Under the pieces are notes generated by a model. The model had not been told where the DNA came from, did not search any database, and saw nothing but the letters and a program-made list of their open reading frames with translations. A stretch of DNA of 64,000 bases from Lophium mytilinum (Eukaryota): NCBI GenBank assembly GCA_010093605.1, contig MU004183.1:1984001-2048000 (forward strand), read 5' to 3'. Position 1 is the first letter of the stretch. Each line of letters opens with the position of its first letter. A program made the position numbers and the translations under genes. Below are positions 59,730 through 64,000 of this stretch, in pieces.

Positions 59730-60246
59730 ATTTGTCGTATTCAAATGTGCGTTCAGCGCTTGGCGGTTTTCTTCTGCACACCACTTGCGTGCAGAGTATT
59801 CCAACACCCAACCTTTAGTATACAGCCTTAAAATTTTCACTAGAGGCACTCTATAGAGTACTTAGTATATATCTTAAGTTCTAGCTTAAAAATAATATAG
59901 GATAGAGGTGCTATAAATCTAGAGAGATACCTGCACCTACGCCTTAGTTTTAAAGTTCTCTGCCAAGTCTTACCCTTGCGCGCAATTACAGGGGTAGTAC
60001 TCGGCAGCACTTATGGCTGCCCTCAGGCTGCACGCAGCTATTACGTAGAGTACCTAGATTTTATAACCAGTTCTTACTTTTAAGGGCTAAAACTTAAGAG
60101 TATAGCTCCTATAGTTAGCTTCTACTATCTAGGAGATTTTAAGCGCTACAGCTTAAACTTTATTGCAAAGCGCACGCGCGAACACGCAAGTGGTGTGTGC
60201 AGGAGAAAACCGCCAAGCGCTGAACGCACATTTGAATACGACAAAT
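59730..60246. mobile_element. Foldback/MITE-like element (~517 bp) with ~62-bp near-perfect terminal inverted repeats
   Basis: 59730-59791 ATTTGTCGTATTCAAATGTGCGTTCAGCGCTTGGCGGTTTTCTTCTGCACACCACTTGCGTG pairs with 60183-60246 (one mismatch and a 2-nt indel). The interior is TpA-rich. Confidence 0.88.
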
Positions 60247-60897
60247 TAAGCTAATGCCAAGCCGGGGCATTCCGAGGATGGGTGATACCGGCATCGTATT
60301 GCCAACTTCAGCCTCGTGCTACTTGACTTCGACTGCCCGCCTCATGAAACTATCCTTCCTTCTTTCGGAATATGATGCAAGCCTCGTACGGATCGCGTTC
60401 TAGAATGGCCGATCTTCACAACGCCTTTGCTGCCTCTCCACCCAGGGGCATTGGCCCCCACACCGCGTTACTTAGAATCAGGGGGGCCGCTGATTGAGTG
60501 GCTAAATACTAACCACTCATAATGAAACTCGATGCGCATGATACCTTAATAAGCGAAGCTCTCCATATTGGGTTGGCTGCCTCCCTGGTCAACCTCCAGC
60601 CGCACACCATGGCGAGCGTGGTCAAGATAAGGACAGGTGCGTTGCTTACCCGCGTATATACGAGTATGTGGTATCAAGGGCCATTCTTCTCCTTTTCAGC
60701 TTTCGTTTCGATTTCTGTTTATATACTATACCATCCCGCATGTTGGCAGGCACTCATTACGAATTTACAATTTCATTCTAAACCCTCCCAAGGCTGTGAA
60801 CACTCGTTTAGCACCGCTGGGGTTCGTCTGGCACGCGTTCCAAAACTATAAAACGACATTTTTGGCGAGTTTTAGGGCTACCGAAGACGGCGCTGGT

Positions 60898-63800
60898 ATG
60901 GAGTTCAAGGAAGAGTCTGACCTTGCGGCAATTTGGAGCGTCGCTGTCCGCGAGTATGAGAAACGTACCGGAAAATCCATGGACCCCAAGTTCGTGAAGT
61001 TTAAGAATATGGACGAAGTTATGAAAGGGACGGAAAAGGAATCGCAAAGCTTTGGAGGGTTCCGTCATGACGGCTCTAAAGTCGACAAAGTCCGAGCCGC
61101 ATTCGGAAACAACTTAGGTACTATACAGAAAGTGCTCATTGGGATTCAGACTGTTGGGAATGTTGCTGCTGTAAGTTCACACAGAGTACTACGGATTCAA
61201 CGCTTGAATACTGCTTTTGTATGCTGGTTAGTTGCCACTGTCAGGAGCAGTCTCATTGCGAGGATAACTCTCGATCAAGAGGAAGCTCAGATTAGGGCGT
61301 CAGAAACTTGACAGAATGCCTACGTTGTACATCTAGGGAGCGCACCTAGCAGTGGCAAATGAATGCGCACAGGCTTATGCCTTGTCACTACAACGCAATC
61401 TTGAGAACGTTCAGCTGATGAGTTTCCTAGGTCTTCCCGCCAGCCATGCCGGTTTCGCTTGTGTTCACCGCATTTGGTCACGTTCTCCAGGTATTCTTCT
61501 ATCCATCTATATTCTATAGACTACTATTGCCTCGGGTCGCTGATTATATCAGTCTTTCGTTGCTGTAAAAGCAGATTATGACAAAGTGGAGAGATTCTTT
61601 ACAAACTCCCAGAGATTCCTTGATCGCCTTTCGATTCTGGAGAAAAAGACGCCTTCTCATGGCACCTTTATCAGATGTGTAACACGCGTTTTCTCCTGCA
61701 TTCTTTCTATTTGTGCTATAGCACAAGACTGTGCAAAAGAAGAGAAAAGATTTAGTATGTATCACATCTCAGCTTTAAAACAAAGGCATAGACCATGATT
61801 GGATCTCTTTTTAAGGCCTGCCTGGCGTGCACAGCTCACATTCGGTAGAAAAATGGCTTTCTGCTCTTTGGGATGGCACTGATTCGGACCTCGAAGCTGC
61901 TTATAAGGAAATGGAGACCGCAATCGAGGAGCTCGGGCAAGCTGTTGGGTTTGCAACGTTTCGGGAAATTCGAGAAACCCGTGAAGAATTGCACATCGTA
62001 GACGGCAAGGTCGACAAAGTACAATCAAGCGTTTTGGAAATCCATCAAAAAGTGGGCATGACCAACGAGTACCTTCAGCATGCCAATGATGGAATCAAAA
62101 TCGTGGACCAGAACATCACCGGAGTGAAGACCGAACTCAAGACCGAACTCCAGAAGATGACGGTGCTGTTCACTGAATCTATCAAAGAGACACAGAACCA
62201 AAACTTGAGGGAAATATCTCGTCTTAAAGCCCAGGAACCACAGAAGACCCAGAAGAGTCATTCCAACAGCAAGATGGACGTCTCGGAAAAGAAACATGCT
62301 GCGCTTGACGAGATCCGGAGAAACTTTAAAGCAAATTTGGTGGATTGGTCAGCTACTAGGGCCCAACTCAAAGCTCAAAGAAACGGCTTTCGAGAGGATA
62401 TCGCCCCAGGGACCGCTAAGTGGCTGTCTAAAGATCAAAAGTTCACGGAATGGATCCAGGGTCCAAACCCGGTGCTATGGGTAACTGGCGGCGAGGGCAC
62501 GGGGAAAAGCTTCCTAGCTTATGCAGCAGCAGAAGAATTGCGGAAGACATATGACGATCAGGACCGAACTTCAGTTGCCTACTTCTGCTTCAGAGAAGAA
62601 GAGACCGGCCTCCAATCTATCGAGAACTGCCTTGCTAGCCTCGCTCTGCAGATCGCAGAGCACGATGGGAAATACCGCGATCAGTTGCGCGCCGAATTGA
62701 AGCGTGAAACCGACGAAAACACATGGCAACGGTTCTTCGCCAATAGGTATACCGCAAAATCAGATGGTCGTATATTCCTGGTTCTAGATGGACTAGATGA
62801 GTTGTCCAATCAAGAAAGCGAAGGAAGCTCAACCTTGATCAAGTACCTAACGCAACGCGATGAAGGAAACTTGCGTATTCGAATACTACTTTCATGTAGG
62901 AGAACTCTTTCTTCCGCGATGGAAACTTTGAATCCGGAGGTCTTGGCATTGACAAGAGAAAACCTTTCTTCCGATATGACGCTCCTGATAAAATCCCGTT
63001 GCAACTCTCTGCCAAGGCTAAAGAAGTTTCCAAAGCCGGTACTTCGTGAAATCATGAAGAAAGTAAAGAGCCAAGCAGATGGTAAGTCAACTCTTCAGAC
63101 ACTTGAAGCAGCTAACGCCTTCTAGGAATGCTCTACATCGAGCACATGCTACGCCGTCTCAGTTACATCGGTCGCCAAGGTGCAGTACTGAAGGATATAG
63201 AGAAGAATCTTCCCGATAACTTGCAGGACCTGTACCAGCTACTTCTAGATGAATGTCACAGAGGAAGGACCGACGCGCAGTACAAGGCATTGAAGAGGCT
63301 CTTCGCGTGGCTCGCTTATTCCAAACGATCGTTGACCCTGGAAGAAGCTGAAGACTTGGTGAAGATGACTGTTCCAGATGGATCATTTGACGTTGAAGAT
63401 GAAATAATTGGGCGTTCAGCAAGGTAATTATTCAATCCCTTCTGTTCCATTTTGGGGTCGTCTTTAGTGGCTCGAAGCTGTTACAGGCATTTCAGATTGA
63501 AGAGTTTCACATTCCTGAGACATATTCGAGGCATCTCAGAACGTTACAGAAATGCTAATTATCCCCACAGGATTTTAGAACTCGCACGAACCGTTGATGA
63601 AGAAGAAGACGGTAACGACGAAGGGGACGACGATAGTGACAGCGCTATCGAAAAGGTCAATCTTGAGCAGCTGAGCAACGAGCAAGCTAGCTTGACTTTC
63701 CAAGAACGCTCTCTTCGGGAGTTCTTCAAAGCCGTTGACGTCGACGATACGGGCTTGCGCACACCCTCCTCTGCTGCCCACCTCACGATCTTCGATATGG

Positions 63801-64000
63801 CGACATCTACACTAGTCACCGCTGCGCAGAAGGACATCCGAAAAGAAGCACCTATCCTTTCTTCGTATGCTGCGAATTACTGGTATCATCATCTCATCGA
63901 AATTGACCTGGAAAACACTTCAGATGCTGAGACCATTCAGGTCCTCAATGCGCTTCAAAGTATTCTTAGCAACGCCTACAACGTCTCGCTAGTCATCGAA
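60898..64000 (+). CDS. Fungal NLR-like STAND protein: Goodbye-like N-terminal domain + NACHT NTPase (multi-intron, 3' part outside window)
   Basis: MEFKEESDLAAIWSVAVREYEKRTG...FGGFRHDGSKVDKVR; GTAKWL....FTEW; P-loop LWVTGGEGTGKS; VAYFCF; Walker B FLVLDGLDE; ADGMLY; WLAYSKRSLTL. Confidence 0.9.

Noticed and set aside
4914..64000. Single 'immune cluster' of CFEM, HeLo-kinase, lectin and NLR
   Set aside because: The genes are separated by up to tens of kb of housekeeping genes, and no shared amyloid signalling motif is visible in the NLR N-terminus or HeLo C-terminus.

Overview
Eukaryotic DNA from a filamentous ascomycete (Pezizomycotina-like), judged by short GT-AG introns with CTRAY branch sites and RIP-like AT-rich relics. 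Bases 1-~3830 are an AT-rich block made of the 3' end of a Ty3/Gypsy chromovirus (integrase GPF region, chromodomain, PPT, LTR) and an opposite-strand Mutator/Hop-like (MULE) transposase, both riddled with RIP-type stops. The rest is gene-dense euchromatin with about 26 supportable genes: a CFEM/GPI protein, metallophosphoesterase, HeLo-pseudokinase, profilin, RNPS1-like, MCT-type MFS, BTB-like protein, GST, PAL/TAL, JJJ1, SPX-RING, HAD_SAK-RGG, RING protein, SDS23, DUF2434, a membrane-anchored lectin-like propeller, PEX14, OCT1, MIC26/27, RMI1, VPS51, CYB2-like, a Goodbye-NACHT NLR running off the end, and a few orphans. The most unusual non-genic signals are a degenerate 7-unit array with a ~90-nt core and variable linkers (14.55-15.44 kb), a ~517-bp foldback element upstream of the NLR, and a TIR-bounded insertion flanked by a ~35-bp duplication in a divergent promoter. 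Exon boundaries and family assignments were read by eye; no database searches were run.
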